Part shown: in pieces, positions 40,224 through 50,829 of the stretch
Position numbering within the stretch: position 1 is the stretch's first letter
Layout of the letters: each line of letters starts with the position of its first letter
NCBI GenBank assembly: GCA_963836185.1
Contig: CAWIIQ010000001.1
Coordinates: 1,856,001-1,920,000 of the forward strand
Length of the DNA stretch: 64,000 bases
Direction of reading: 5' to 3'
From: Candidatus Krumholzibacteriia bacterium
GTDB taxonomy: Bacteria; Krumholzibacteriota; Krumholzibacteriia; Krumholzibacteriales; Krumholzibacteriaceae
Position numbers and translations under genes: made by a program
Notes under the pieces: model-generated
What the model was told of the DNA's origin: nothing
Database searches by the model: none
Seen by the model: the letters and a program-made list of their open reading frames with translations, nothing else

Positions 40224-41782
40224 ATGAACGAACAGACTTACAAAATGAGACGAAGCCATATCTCCCTGTACGTCATCGTCTCGATGAGCGGCGCCGCGGT
40301 GCTGGCGTTAGAGCTTCTCGGCACGAGGGTACTCGGACCATTCTACGGGGTGAGTCTCTATCTCTGGTCCGCCCTTATCTCCGTGACACTTGCCGCTCTC
40401 AGCGCGGGGTACGCCGTGGGCGGACGGATAGCGGACCGCAGGGGAACGATGAAAGGACTCGCATTCATACTCGCGGCGGCAGGTGTCTGGATCTGCCTCA
40501 TCCCGCTGATAAGGCATCCCGTCATACTTCTTCTCGAGCCACTAGGCCTGAGGATCACTGTGCTGCTGGCCGCGATGATCCTGTTCTTCCCTCCCCTGAT
40601 GCTTCTCGGGATGGTCAGCCCCTGGGCGGTGAAGCTGAGGACCGCCTCCCTTTCAGAGGTCGGACGTTCCGCCGGCAACCTCTACGCGATATCGACTATC
40701 GCCAGCGTAGCGGCGGCCCTGCTCACGGGATTTGTGCTTATACCGGGATTCCCTGTATCGAGGCTGATACTGGGGATAGGCGCCTTCCTTCTCCTGGCGT
40801 CCCTGATCGCCGTTCTCAGTGACAGGTCGAGGACGGCTGTATCCACGGCCGTTCCCCTCGTGCTCTTTATAGCCGCAGCGGCTGGCACGATGACATTACC
40901 GGCGCTGCCTGCCGCGACAGGAAACGCCACCATCCTGGCGAGCGGACAGAGTCCGTATGCTGAGATAAGCGTCGTCGAATACAGGGAAGCGAAGTTCCTC
41001 CTGATAGACGGCTCAAATCATACCTTCACTGATGCCGGTTCGGGAGACAACCTCTTCCCATACGTGAATGTCCTCGATATCCCCAGATTCATGTTCAAAG
41101 GGGCGCGGGCAGGCCCTTCTGATCGGACTCGGCGGAGGATCGGTCGCAAAGAGACTGTCCCTGTTCCAGTGGGAAGTCGACGCAGTCGAGATAGACCCTC
41201 TTGTCATCAGGTATGCCAGGGAACACTTCGGACTCAGGCCGGACGATGCGGTGATACACGAGATGGACGGCCGCAATTTCCTGATAAGCACCGACGGACA
41301 TGTGGGACATGATAATCCTCGACGCCTTCGGAAGCGGAGCGGTGCCGTTCCACCTTATCACCGAGGAGATGATGGAACTCGTCTCCCGACGGCTGCGTCC
41401 AGGAGGAATCGTCGCGGTGAACGTCCTCACTGTAGGATGGAAGAGCGATATCGTCCTCTCGACCGCCGCCACCCTCGAGACCGTCTTCGACGAGATAGTG
41501 GTCCTTCCGATACCCGAGCCGCCCAACACACTCGGCAACGTGATCATACTCGCCGCCCACCGCCCCCTCGAACTGCGCACCGAGCTCGACCGCCCCTACT
41601 CGAGGTTCAGCGAGGAGTACGACATGAACCACGCGTGGGAAAACCGCTTCAGGCCCGACACGGAGAACGCACTCATATTCACAGACGACAGGAATCCCGT
41701 GGACCTCTGGGGAGAAAGAATCAATGTCGTCGACCGCAGGCACATCCGCGACTATTTCAGGGATGCCGGCTTCAGCTGGTAG
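40224..41782 (+). CDS. fused membrane (MFS-like)/spermidine synthase-like methyltransferase (two apparent +1 frameshifts, ~41100 and ~41299)
   Basis: SGAAVLALELLGTRVLGPFYG, GNLYAISTIAS; then LIGLGGGS, VEIDP, DGRNFL; then DAF..PFHL and FTDDRNP. Confidence 0.82.
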
Positions 41783-41799
41783 GAATACTACCACTCAAT

Positions 41800-41840
41800 A
41801 AAAAGCCCGCCCGGCTACTGTGGCGCCGGACGGGCTGTAT
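41800..41840 (-). terminator. hairpin between convergent genes
   Basis: agcccg(c)ccggc..gccgg(a)cgggct stem preceded by an A-run (U-tract on the - strand). Confidence 0.5.
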
Positions 41841-41874
41841 TGGCGGTATTTATCGTCTCACGAATACATCTACT

Positions 41875-42981
41875 CTAGTTCCCAACCATGTAGAGGCCAA
41901 AGTAATCGAGGACGTTGTCGATCGGGTTGGCGATACCCGTCTGCGTGCTGCCCGCGAAAAGCAGGCCGACAGCATGAGGATTGGTCGCAACGTCTTCGAC
42001 CAGCAACGAACCGGAGTCGCCACCGAGGAGGAACTTTCTCCCCGAAATGACGATCTGACCCGTGAAGTACTCGGTAGTCGCCTCGCCGCCGCACTCTGTC
42101 GATCCGCCGACATTGAATGCGCCGTTGATCGCGCTTACCGTTCCACGAGTGAGACCCGAGGTCCGCCCGCTCTTCTTCACGGCAAGGCCGACATAGGCAT
42201 CCATCGTCGTGCCCGAGATCGGTCCGATCTCGTAGATGGTGCCGGTCGGATCGACCGTTCCGGGAATTACCTCGGCGATAGCGCAGTCGATGTTGAGGTT
42301 ATCCTCACACCACTCTGTCAGGTTCGCGACGTAGTCAGCCGGGATGTCCTGGCAATTGACGTCGATCAGACCGGGCTGGTTTATAGCCTGTCCTACCTCT
42401 GCGACATCGGGATCGTTCACGCTAGCGTCCTGATCGCCCGCAAATACGTGCTTGTTGCTCAGGATGTACTGCGTGCCGCCGCCGTCACGGAGCAGGCCTC
42501 CGAGTGTGCCGCTGCAGCAGTAAGGCGCAGCGTAGTCTTTGCTGTTACCACCGGAGACACCCATCGGAATCGGCCGGGGATAACGGGCAGTATGCCCTGT
42601 CGTGGAGGATCCGCCGCCCCTGAGCATTCTGATCTTACCAGAGACGACCTTTACGACCTCGACACCCTCAATAGAGGCTGGGACCCTGGTACCGTGCATC
42701 TCTGACTCGAGATAGACCATTATGGCGGGGCTTCCGTTGCGATCAAGACCCGTCGCGGTACCAACAACACCGGTCATCGAAAGCAGATCAGATGTGTGGC
42801 GATTCTGAACTGCCATGACGTCCATGACTCTGGGATCCGTCCTGCTGAGCAGGACCTGTCCCTGATCTACTGGAGCATTGATGTTCTCGCCCGTCTCGGA
42901 ACAACCGAAGACAAGAGACAGGGCGACGATCATCAGAACCGCAGATACCCACCGAGCCGGAACGTGTGGGAAGTGGTTCAT
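41875..42981 (-). CDS. secreted trypsin-like (S1, Nal1-like) serine protease lipoprotein with pro-domain
   Basis: VFG|C lipobox; GTLG, LSNKHV (His), IDCAIA (Asp), KSGRTSGLT and GDSGS (Ser); ATG 42981 follows GGAGG. Confidence 0.8.
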   Translation of the reverse strand: MNHFPHVPARWVSAVLMIVALSLVFGCSETGENINAPVDQGQVLLSRTDPRVMDVMAVQNRHTSDLLSMTGVVGTATGLDRNGSPAIMVYLESEMHGTRVPASIEGVEVVKVVSGKIRMLRGGGSSTTGHTARYPRPIPMGVSGGNSKDYAAPYCCSGTLGGLLRDGGGTQYILSNKHVFAGDQDASVNDPDVAEVGQAINQPGLIDVNCQDIPADYVANLTEWCEDNLNIDCAIAEVIPGTVDPTGTIYEIGPISGTTMDAYVGLAVKKSGRTSGLTRGTVSAINGAFNVGGSTECGGEATTEYFTGQIVISGRKFLLGGDSGSLLVEDVATNPHAVGLLFAGSTQTGIANPIDNVLDYFGLYMVGN

Positions 42982-43512
42982 CAAACCCTCCTGTGGAAAG
43001 GGGTTGAGGAGTGTGGTGAATTGATTAGATAGTATAACCAGATTCTGACATTCCCTGTCAACTATAATATTCACAGCGCATTACATAGTATATTAGTATG
43101 TTATTACATGACCTATTAACACTGTTTTTCAGTATGTATTACTTGCGCAACTGTAACCTGGATCGATTCTTTCTACTATCATTTCTTATCTTATGCTGAT
43201 CGCGGTAAATATTCCCGTACCCGTGAAGGACGGATCCCGTAATCTAATGATTACCATCCATGTCAAATACAGAGATCGGCGCCCCTCCCCGCGGCTCCAA
43301 CCGCTATAAATCTATTTTCATACACGATTTCGTCAACGAGATGTGTACACTTTGCGTTACTGCGTATACGTAAACTATTCTTTACATCTAATTTATATTT
43401 TTATTCTTGCCGGCATTGACGGATTCTGATACCATGCTGGCGCATTTGACTGGGGGAAGATCGATAGCGGCAACGGACGGTGTAACCTGACCATATTATC
43501 GGGGGTGGGGTA

Positions 43513-43905
43513 ATGAACAGCGGAACATCACAGAGTAAAAGAACGGGCACTTATCCCGATGAGTGTTTCCTGCAGGAGATCGTGGACTCGCATTTCAGGG
43601 AAAGAGGATTCCACCGCATCGAGACCAACTGCGTCGATTACGTATGCGAACATCCCGACACGGGGGACAGATGGCACATCGAGGTACATGGAGCTTCTGC
43701 CGCTGTGGGCCTGGATTTCCGGCTCGGCATCGGACAGCTCGTTCGCGGTATCTCCCACCGGAACACGAAGTACGCCCTCGCCCTTCCCGACATGCCACAG
43801 TTCCGTAACCAGATCAAGAACATAGAGCCCTGGGTCTGCAAGGCGCTGAATATTCACTGGGTACTGGTAAACCAGGATGGCGGGATGACGATCCTGGAGC
43901 CTTGA
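43513..43905 (+). CDS. small PD-(D/E)xK nuclease-fold protein
   Basis: VDYVC..WHIEVHG..GIGQLV..YALALP pattern, with His in place of the usual Lys. Confidence 0.55.
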   Translation: MNSGTSQSKRTGTYPDECFLQEIVDSHFRERGFHRIETNCVDYVCEHPDTGDRWHIEVHGASAAVGLDFRLGIGQLVRGISHRNTKYALALPDMPQFRNQIKNIEPWVCKALNIHWVLVNQDGGMTILEP

Positions 43906-44018
43906 GCCCGGATTTGTATTCTCACCTGAATCCGTGATAAACCCGTATACCATTGACAAATGCCGGTACTACAGGCAGAATCCTCACCGTAACACTCGAT
44001 TATTCATTAAAGGAGAAG

Positions 44019-45689
44019 ATGATGAGAAAGATATCGATTCTTTCCGCTATCGCTGCACTGCTTTTAGTCACTTTTATCCCGGCCTTCGCGGCAGAGGTGG
44101 AAGACAGTATCAAGGAAGCGGAAAAGCTCGCGGACAGCGGAGATCTTCCCGGGGCGGTAGCTCTGCTCGAGAAGGTCACCACCGATAATCCTGAAAACTC
44201 CGACGCATTCGCCTACCTCGGGCTCTATACAGGCATGAGCGCCGGACAGGCCCCGAACTACGAGGAAGCGGGCAGGCTCATGATGCTCTCCTTCGAGCAT
44301 CTGGACAAGGCGGTCAAACTCGATGGAAAAAACCCCGAAGCATATCTCTTCCGCGGGATCATCGGCATCAATGTTCCCGGATTTTTAGGAAGACTTGAAG
44401 CGGGTATCTCCGACCTCGAGCAGGCAGTCGAGCTTTACTCGGCGTCCTCCTCCCCTGAGGCAGGCAAGGGGATGTTAGCGGGATTGACCAATCTTGCAGA
44501 AGGGTACGCGAAAAACGAGGATCCTGCCGGCCAGAAAAAGGCTCTTGAGAAGATCGTCGCGATCGCTCCCGGCACTGAAGCTGCGGCGGCCGCACAGAAA
44601 CAGACCGATGGACTCGGGGATGTCGAGGAAAAGCCGGAAATCGATACCGGCCTCTTCGAACCGAAAGAAGGGGACAGCGAGAAGGTCCTCGCCCTCAAGA
44701 GTTCTCTGCTGAAAGATCACAGCGATCCCTCCCTCCTCTTTCAACTGGGATCGGAATATTACGAGGCAGAATCGTACGGAAACGCCAGAGAAATTCTGAA
44801 GGTGTATGTATCGATCGACAAGACAAGAGTCGAGGCCTTCAGGATGCTCGCCCTTTCGACGGCCAACATGGCAGAGCGTGGCTACGATGAGAGCATCTAT
44901 GAGAACACCGACACAAGGTCCAATCTCGCCTTCGAGATCATGGCCGCGTGGGACAGGGCTGTCGAGCTTTCCCCTGACGACATGGAACTGAGACTGACCC
45001 GCGGAACGTTCGGCCTGATGTTGCCGTTTTTTCTGGGCAAGTTCGACCAGTCGGCCGCGGATCTTGAGATGGTCATAAGCAGTGAAGCGTCCGAAGAGAT
45101 GAAAGCAGAGGCGCTCTTTTACCTTGGATACGCCAGCGAACGCAAGGCACTCACGACCTACATCAAGCTGGCAAAGAACTACCCGAAGACTGAAGGGGCC
45201 AGGATGGCCTTCGAACGAATGAGACCGCATGTCGAGAGGCTTGACGAGAGTAAGCTAAATACCCCGTGTGTCAAGATAGACTTCGTGCTGGGATTCCAGG
45301 ACGAACTCCCCCCACAGACCGCCGTCTGGATAGAGGACGAGAACGAGAACCATATCAGGACACTCTACGTATCGGGATTCGCCGGCTACGTCAAAGAGAA
45401 GCAGGTGACCCTTCCCCTCTGGGGAGCTATAACAAAGTTCGAAGGGATAGACGGTGTCACCAGCGCGAGTATCGACATAGGGCACTATATCTTTGTATGG
45501 GACCTGAAGAATTATAACGACGAGAAGGTAAATAAGGGCAAGTACAGGATCAGGGTGGAGACCTCGCACTGGCCTTCCAACCTCTACCAGAACGTCGAAG
45601 CGCTGATCGAGATCGGGAAGAAAGAGAACAGTGTCAGGGTCGAAGAAGGCGACTTCATACCCTTCTTCGAGGTTACATACCTCAAATAA
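44019..45689 (+). CDS. secreted TPR protein with C-terminal DUF2271-like domain
   Basis: AGGAG SD; signal peptide (AFA|A); TPR repeats; PQTAVWIED..IRTLYVS..DGVTSAS..WD..GKY. TTGACA-N17-CAGAAT promoter candidate at 43953. Confidence 0.75.
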   Translation: MMRKISILSAIAALLLVTFIPAFAAEVEDSIKEAEKLADSGDLPGAVALLEKVTTDNPENSDAFAYLGLYTGMSAGQAPNYEEAGRLMMLSFEHLDKAVKLDGKNPEAYLFRGIIGINVPGFLGRLEAGISDLEQAVELYSASSSPEAGKGMLAGLTNLAEGYAKNEDPAGQKKALEKIVAIAPGTEAAAAAQKQTDGLGDVEEKPEIDTGLFEPKEGDSEKVLALKSSLLKDHSDPSLLFQLGSEYYEAESYGNAREILKVYVSIDKTRVEAFRMLALSTANMAERGYDESIYENTDTRSNLAFEIMAAWDRAVELSPDDMELRLTRGTFGLMLPFFLGKFDQSAADLEMVISSEASEEMKAEALFYLGYASERKALTTYIKLAKNYPKTEGARMAFERMRPHVERLDESKLNTPCVKIDFVLGFQDELPPQTAVWIEDENENHIRTLYVSGFAGYVKEKQVTLPLWGAITKFEGIDGVTSASIDIGHYIFVWDLKNYNDEKVNKGKYRIRVETSHWPSNLYQNVEALIEIGKKENSVRVEEGDFIPFFEVTYLK

Positions 45690-45699
45690 TGGAGTGAAG

Positions 45700-46068
45700 A
45701 TGAAAGTAGTGCGTATCGCCGACGCGGAAAATTACGAGCCCGAGAAGGACTGGAAGCGTATCAGTCTCTGCGGAGAGTGCGACATATCCGTCGAGCATTT
45801 CGTTAAACCGCCCGGCCACTCCTCCCCCGACCACAATCATCCCAACTCCCAGGTCCTCATCGTCCTCGAGGGCAAGCTCGTGATCATCACCGAGAAGGAC
45901 GGCGAGCAGGAACTAGGCGTCGGGGACGCAGCGTACATCCCGGGCGACGAGATGCACATCGTCAAAAACCCGCTCGATATTCCCTCGAAAGGAATCGATA
46001 TCTTCGTACCTGGCCGCTCGTTCGATTTCTGGACGAAGAGAAAAGCGGCGGAATGCACCGATGACTAG
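45700..46068 (+). CDS. cupin domain protein
   Basis: HNHPNSQ..VLEG and GD..YIP..MH motifs. Confidence 0.85.
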   Translation: MKVVRIADAENYEPEKDWKRISLCGECDISVEHFVKPPGHSSPDHNHPNSQVLIVLEGKLVIITEKDGEQELGVGDAAYIPGDEMHIVKNPLDIPSKGIDIFVPGRSFDFWTKRKAAECTDD

Positions 46069-46235
46069 GTAGCCTTCTGCGCCAAAACACTCTCACCTCG
46101 AAAAAATATTTCCCCGGAATGTGAAATTTTTCGCATCATTTCGGAACAGATATCGTATTAAGACTTATAAAGTTCATGCTCGCGGGATATTCCCCTTATC
46201 CCACCGGGTCTCGCAGCAAGGTAAGAACGAGAAAT

Positions 46236-48509
46236 ATGAGAAAAACAGCACAGCCCGCAATCGCAGGACTGATTGCACTCCTGCTCCTGTCGTCAAACGC
46301 ATCGGCGCAGGATGACCAGGCAGAGAAAGAATTCGTCCCTGTATATCATCCCGAGATGACTATCCGCCGCGCCGCGGGCCCGATCAAACTCGACGGCGAA
46401 CTCGACGATGAAGGCTGGAAAGGTGCCGCGAAGGCAGATAACTTCGCCGAGCACAATCCGGGAGACCAGATAAAGCCGGCCGTCGATACAGAGGTACTCA
46501 TCACATTCGACGACGAGAACCTCTACGTCGCCTGGATCTGCTACGACGACCCGGACCAGGTACGCGCCTCGTTCTGCGAGAGGGACCGGATATTCCAGGA
46601 TGACTTCGTCATGCTCATGATCGACCCATACGGCGAAGCTACATACGCATACGAGATCGCATCCAATCCATTCGGTATACCGGGGGACCTTCTCTTCTCC
46701 TCCTCTAATGGAGAGGATATCTCCTTCAGCATGATCTTCGAGACGAGGGGAAGGATCACGGACTTCGGCTGGGTAGTCGAGATGAAGGTCCCGTTCAGGT
46801 CCCTTCGCTTTCCCAACAGCGAAGAACAGGTCTGGCGGGTCGACTTCTGGCGAAACCGGCCGCGGGAGGTAAGGTACCAGTATTCCTGGGCCGCCTATGA
46901 TCGCGATGTCGACTGCTGGCCCTGCAAGTGGGGAACGATGAAGGGGCTTTCGAATATAGACTCAGGATCGGGCCTCGAGCTCCTTCCCTCGGTCGTAGCA
47001 CATCAGGCCGGAACCATCGACGAGGACGGAATCTTTCAGAACGATGATGCCAAGGCCGAACTCGGCCTGGGGATCAAATACGACTTCACCTCCGAAATCT
47101 CCGCAGGGATCACGATAAACCCCGATTTCAGCCAGGTCGAATCGGATGCTGCGCAGATAGACGTCAACACGACATTCGCCCTTTTCTATCCCGAAAGACG
47201 GCCGTATTTCCAGCAGGGCAGCGATATCTTCAATACCGACTTCAATGCTATATACACACGCTCGATCAACGATCCATCAGTCTCGGGCAAACTGATCATG
47301 CGCAAGGGAAGAAACAGCCTCGCTTTCCTCTCCGCGCTCGATGAGCACTCGATCGTCATCCTCCCCTTCGAGGAGGAGAGCAGATACGTCGCCAACGGCA
47401 AGAGTTTTTCCAACCTCCTGAGATACCGCCGCGATCTGGGCGAAGGATCGCATCTTGGAATCGTCGCGACGGACAGGCGTTTCGACGGAGGCGGGTCGGG
47501 AACGCTGGCAAGCGTCGACGGACAGATCCGCCTGACCCAGAGCAACTCTATCGAGTTCCAGATCCTCGGGACCTATACTGAAGAGATAAACAATCCCGCT
47601 CTGACAGACAGCGCATTCAACGAGGAGACCTTCGACGACGGGAAATACACCAAAGCTCTGGACGGCGAGGAGTTCTGGGGCCACGCCTTCGAGGTCCAGC
47701 TGGGCAGAAGCACAGGCACTTACTGGCTCAGCGGAAACTATCAGGAAAAAAGCCCGACCTTCCGGGCAGATAACGGCTTCGAACCGCAGAATAACAACAG
47801 GCTCGGCAGATTCAATATTGGCGGAATCAAGAGATTTGAAGACAGTAAGGTGATGGAAAACATCAACGGCAGTCTGGATCTGGGCAGGAAGTGGAACTTC
47901 GATAACGTCCAGAAGGATGAATGGGTCAACGCCAGCTTCGAGTTGAAGTTCCGCGCCGCCCAGACGGGGATCCACAGCAGTTTTATGGGAAGCAACGAGC
48001 TCTTCGGCGGGATACAATTCGACGGTATCTGGCAGGCCCACACCTGCATTCATACTCAGCCGTGGGAAGTCCTTAACATGGGCGCCAACTACAATTACGG
48101 CCACCGGATCGCCAGGCACGACCTCGTGATGGGCAAAGAGATAAGCTACGGGGCCTGGGCCGATATCAAGCCGATCCCCCGGCTTCTCGTCGCTGTAAAC
48201 TACAACCACGTATTCAGCGACGACCTGGAGACTGATGAGAGGCTCTTCTCGCAGTCGATATTCCGGCTGCGGACCGACCTGCAGATGTCACGCAGGTTCT
48301 CTATCAGGTTTATCACCCAGTACAATGACAGGTACCGCTCCTGGGACTTCGACCCCCTGCTCACATACAGGGTCAACTCCCTCTCTGTCTTCTACGTCGG
48401 CTCGACCTATCATTACAGGGAATACGCGCTGACCGAGGGCTCGCTCGAGGACTGGCGACTGGAGTCGAGACAGTATTTCCTGAAGTTCCAGTACCTCTTC
48501 CAGCTCTGA
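46236..48509 (+). CDS. CBM9-like + DUF5916 secreted/outer-membrane protein
   Basis: Signal peptide; IKLDGELDDEGW, EMKVPFRSLRF, INPDFSQVESD, FYPERRPYF, YTRSI; C-terminal FLKFQYLF. Confidence 0.8.
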   Translation: MRKTAQPAIAGLIALLLLSSNASAQDDQAEKEFVPVYHPEMTIRRAAGPIKLDGELDDEGWKGAAKADNFAEHNPGDQIKPAVDTEVLITFDDENLYVAWICYDDPDQVRASFCERDRIFQDDFVMLMIDPYGEATYAYEIASNPFGIPGDLLFSSSNGEDISFSMIFETRGRITDFGWVVEMKVPFRSLRFPNSEEQVWRVDFWRNRPREVRYQYSWAAYDRDVDCWPCKWGTMKGLSNIDSGSGLELLPSVVAHQAGTIDEDGIFQNDDAKAELGLGIKYDFTSEISAGITINPDFSQVESDAAQIDVNTTFALFYPERRPYFQQGSDIFNTDFNAIYTRSINDPSVSGKLIMRKGRNSLAFLSALDEHSIVILPFEEESRYVANGKSFSNLLRYRRDLGEGSHLGIVATDRRFDGGGSGTLASVDGQIRLTQSNSIEFQILGTYTEEINNPALTDSAFNEETFDDGKYTKALDGEEFWGHAFEVQLGRSTGTYWLSGNYQEKSPTFRADNGFEPQNNNRLGRFNIGGIKRFEDSKVMENINGSLDLGRKWNFDNVQKDEWVNASFELKFRAAQTGIHSSFMGSNELFGGIQFDGIWQAHTCIHTQPWEVLNMGANYNYGHRIARHDLVMGKEISYGAWADIKPIPRLLVAVNYNHVFSDDLETDERLFSQSIFRLRTDLQMSRRFSIRFITQYNDRYRSWDFDPLLTYRVNSLSVFYVGSTYHYREYALTEGSLEDWRLESRQYFLKFQYLFQL

Positions 48510-48573
48510 TCCTTCATCGAAAATACTTTCGATTCAGGATACGCCATGTGCTACGATGTGCAGGGGTGATCAT

Positions 48574-49767
48574 ATGAAAAGCTCAAGACGTGATTTCCTT
48601 AAATCCGGCCTCGCCTGTGCCGCGGCCGCGGCACTTCCCTCCTGCTCAAAAGACGAGAAGAGCAAGGCCGGCATCGTTCCGGAATACCAGCTGGTAAAAC
48701 GTACACTCGGCAGGACCGGGATCGAGATACCGATAATCAGCATGGGAGCCAACTCCTGGGATGAATCCCTCTACTACGCCGCAATGGAATCGGGGATCAT
48801 CTTTATCGACACAGACCACATGTATCGCAATGGAAAACATGAGAAATTAGTCGGACGCGTGATCAAACGACGGCCACGCGAATCGATGTTCGTATCGACG
48901 AGGATAAACATCGACAAGGAGAGAAGAACCGACATGTACCCGAAAGGCACCAGGGGCGAGCAGTTCCTCAAGCCTTTCGAGAAGTGCATCTCCAACCTCG
49001 ACGTCGAGTATCTCGATCTCCTCTCACTGCACAGCGTAATGAGCGTGAAGGAGGCGATATTCCCTCCTGCCCTGGAAATATTCCGGAAGCTCAAGTCAGA
49101 AGGCAGAACGAGGTTCCTCGGCGTCTCGATCCACGGATACGAACCGGACGTGATCAGGGCGGTCACCGACTGCGGAGTCTACGACGTCATATTCATCTCG
49201 TACAACTTCAAGCAGCGCCACCGCGAGCAGATCAAAAAAGCGATCGCGTATGCCGCGGATGCCGGGCTGGGTATAATCGCGATGAAGACCCAGGCGGGCG
49301 CTTTCCTCGACAGGGAAAGGACGAGACCTGTCAATCACCGGGCGGCGGTCAAATGGGTCCTGGGCGACACGAACGTCCACACTGTCATCCCGGGATTCAG
49401 CAACATCGAGCAGATGAAGATGTTCCTCTCGGTGATGAGCGATCTCAAGCTTACCCCCGAGGAAGAAGCCGACCTGGCCATGGCGCATTCAGAGGAGGGC
49501 CTTTACTGCCAGCAGTGCGGGAGCTGCAGGGGGCAGTGCCGATATGGTATTGCGATACCAACCTACATGCGCGCCTACATGTACGCATACGGGTACAGGA
49601 ACCCCGGACAGGCGAGGGATACGATAAAGGATATCGTCCCCGCCGTCCCTTCATGCGGACGCTGCGCTGAATGCAGCGTCTCATGCCCGATGGGATTCGA
49701 CGTCAGGGACCGTGTACTGGACATCGCGCGGGTAAGAGATATCCCTGAGGATTTTCTGACCGTCTAG
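48574..49767 (+). CDS. Tat-exported aldo/keto reductase-family protein with C-terminal Fe-S dicluster
   Basis: SRRDFLK, LPS|C, RTLGRTG, DTxxxY, GVSIH, IAMK; CQQCGSCRGQC and CGRCAECSVSCP. Confidence 0.82.
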   Translation: MKSSRRDFLKSGLACAAAAALPSCSKDEKSKAGIVPEYQLVKRTLGRTGIEIPIISMGANSWDESLYYAAMESGIIFIDTDHMYRNGKHEKLVGRVIKRRPRESMFVSTRINIDKERRTDMYPKGTRGEQFLKPFEKCISNLDVEYLDLLSLHSVMSVKEAIFPPALEIFRKLKSEGRTRFLGVSIHGYEPDVIRAVTDCGVYDVIFISYNFKQRHREQIKKAIAYAADAGLGIIAMKTQAGAFLDRERTRPVNHRAAVKWVLGDTNVHTVIPGFSNIEQMKMFLSVMSDLKLTPEEEADLAMAHSEEGLYCQQCGSCRGQCRYGIAIPTYMRAYMYAYGYRNPGQARDTIKDIVPAVPSCGRCAECSVSCPMGFDVRDRVLDIARVRDIPEDFLTV

Positions 49768-49786
49768 TTACTAACGAAAGGTAATC

Positions 49787-50226
49787 ATGCGTTCTGAAGT
49801 CTGGGCCCTCATGACTGCCGCCTGCTGGGCGGTCGGTTCGATGCTGGAAAAGAAAGGCGTGAAGCTCGGGAACCTCTCCCCCGTGATGGGAACGACGATC
49901 CGTACCGCCTTCTCCCTCATCCTTCTCTCGTTTCTATCCTTCCCTTTCTGGCACCAGCTCAGGACCGCGGGTCCGAAATCGATATCACTTGATAGCCATC
50001 GGCGGCGGACTGCTCTCGGGATGCCTCGGGAATAATCTTCCTCTATACGGGACTGAAGAACGGAAGCCTCTCGACAGTGATGACTATAGCCTTCTGCTTC
50101 GCCCCCGTACTCGGGGCGGTACTCGGGTATTTCTTTCTCAATGAAAGGCTGTCGCCGATCCAGGTGACGGGGATAGCGCTCTGTGTGGTCGGCGCCGCTA
50201 TGACGGTCTATTTCCGGGGGAATTGA
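49787..50226 (+). CDS. single-domain EamA family transporter (apparent +1 frameshift ~49988)
   Basis: WALMTAACWAVG..LEKKG; continues IAIGGGLLSG..LKNGSLSTV..FLNERLS..GIAL in the shifted frame. Confidence 0.75.
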
Positions 50227-50679
50227 GTCGAGCCCTGAGGCTGATCGTCCTGATCGAGCCTGATCTGAAGGTTCCAGCCCTTGTCGTCGGCCCTCTTGCC
50301 GCCGTACAGAGCCCCGAATACCGCCATGTGCACCTGCGATAGCGAACGCGGCATCCTCGTTCCAGGCGCCTGCCATCTCACCGAAAGCGCCGGCCATGAA
50401 TCCCGCTGTCATCCCCATTCCCGCACCCTTGAGGGTGCACTGCATCTGCGAGAGCCGGTAGACCTCGTAGCCGGAGAGGTTCGGAGTGCCTGGAGAGGTT
50501 GACGGCGAAAGAGAGTAGTCGATCTTTGTCTGGTAGTAATGTGCCGGCAATGTCAGGCAGGATGGTTTCGGCTTGACTACGATCGTATCGACCGCGGCGC
50601 TGTCCGCTATCCCCTGCCCTGTCACCGACAAAGGCAGGACCATAATAGACAGAAACAGGATGGTTGTTGTTCTGCGCAT
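50208..50679 (-). CDS. small secreted hypothetical protein with glycine-zipper-like segment (apparent +1 frameshift ~50330)
   Basis: Signal peptide MRRTTTILFLSIMVLPLSVTG; GAGMGMTAGFMAGAFG; the repaired frame gives AMAVFGALYGG..stop 50208. Confidence 0.5.
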
Positions 50680-50829
50680 CGATACGACCTCTCTGACCCG
50701 GCATTGATTATCGCATATTCATGTTCGGTTCACAAGCCCCGTCCCGGCCCCTTTCCTGTTGCCCGGATGATCATTTGTCTGGATAATGGAACCATGTCAG
50801 TTTGAACGTCTCAACGATCAGGAGGTTCC

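Noticed and set aside
43075-43510. ncRNA or replication origin in the AT-rich spacer
   Set aside because: I saw no DnaA-box cluster, iterons or convincing stems; it is consistent with divergent promoters.
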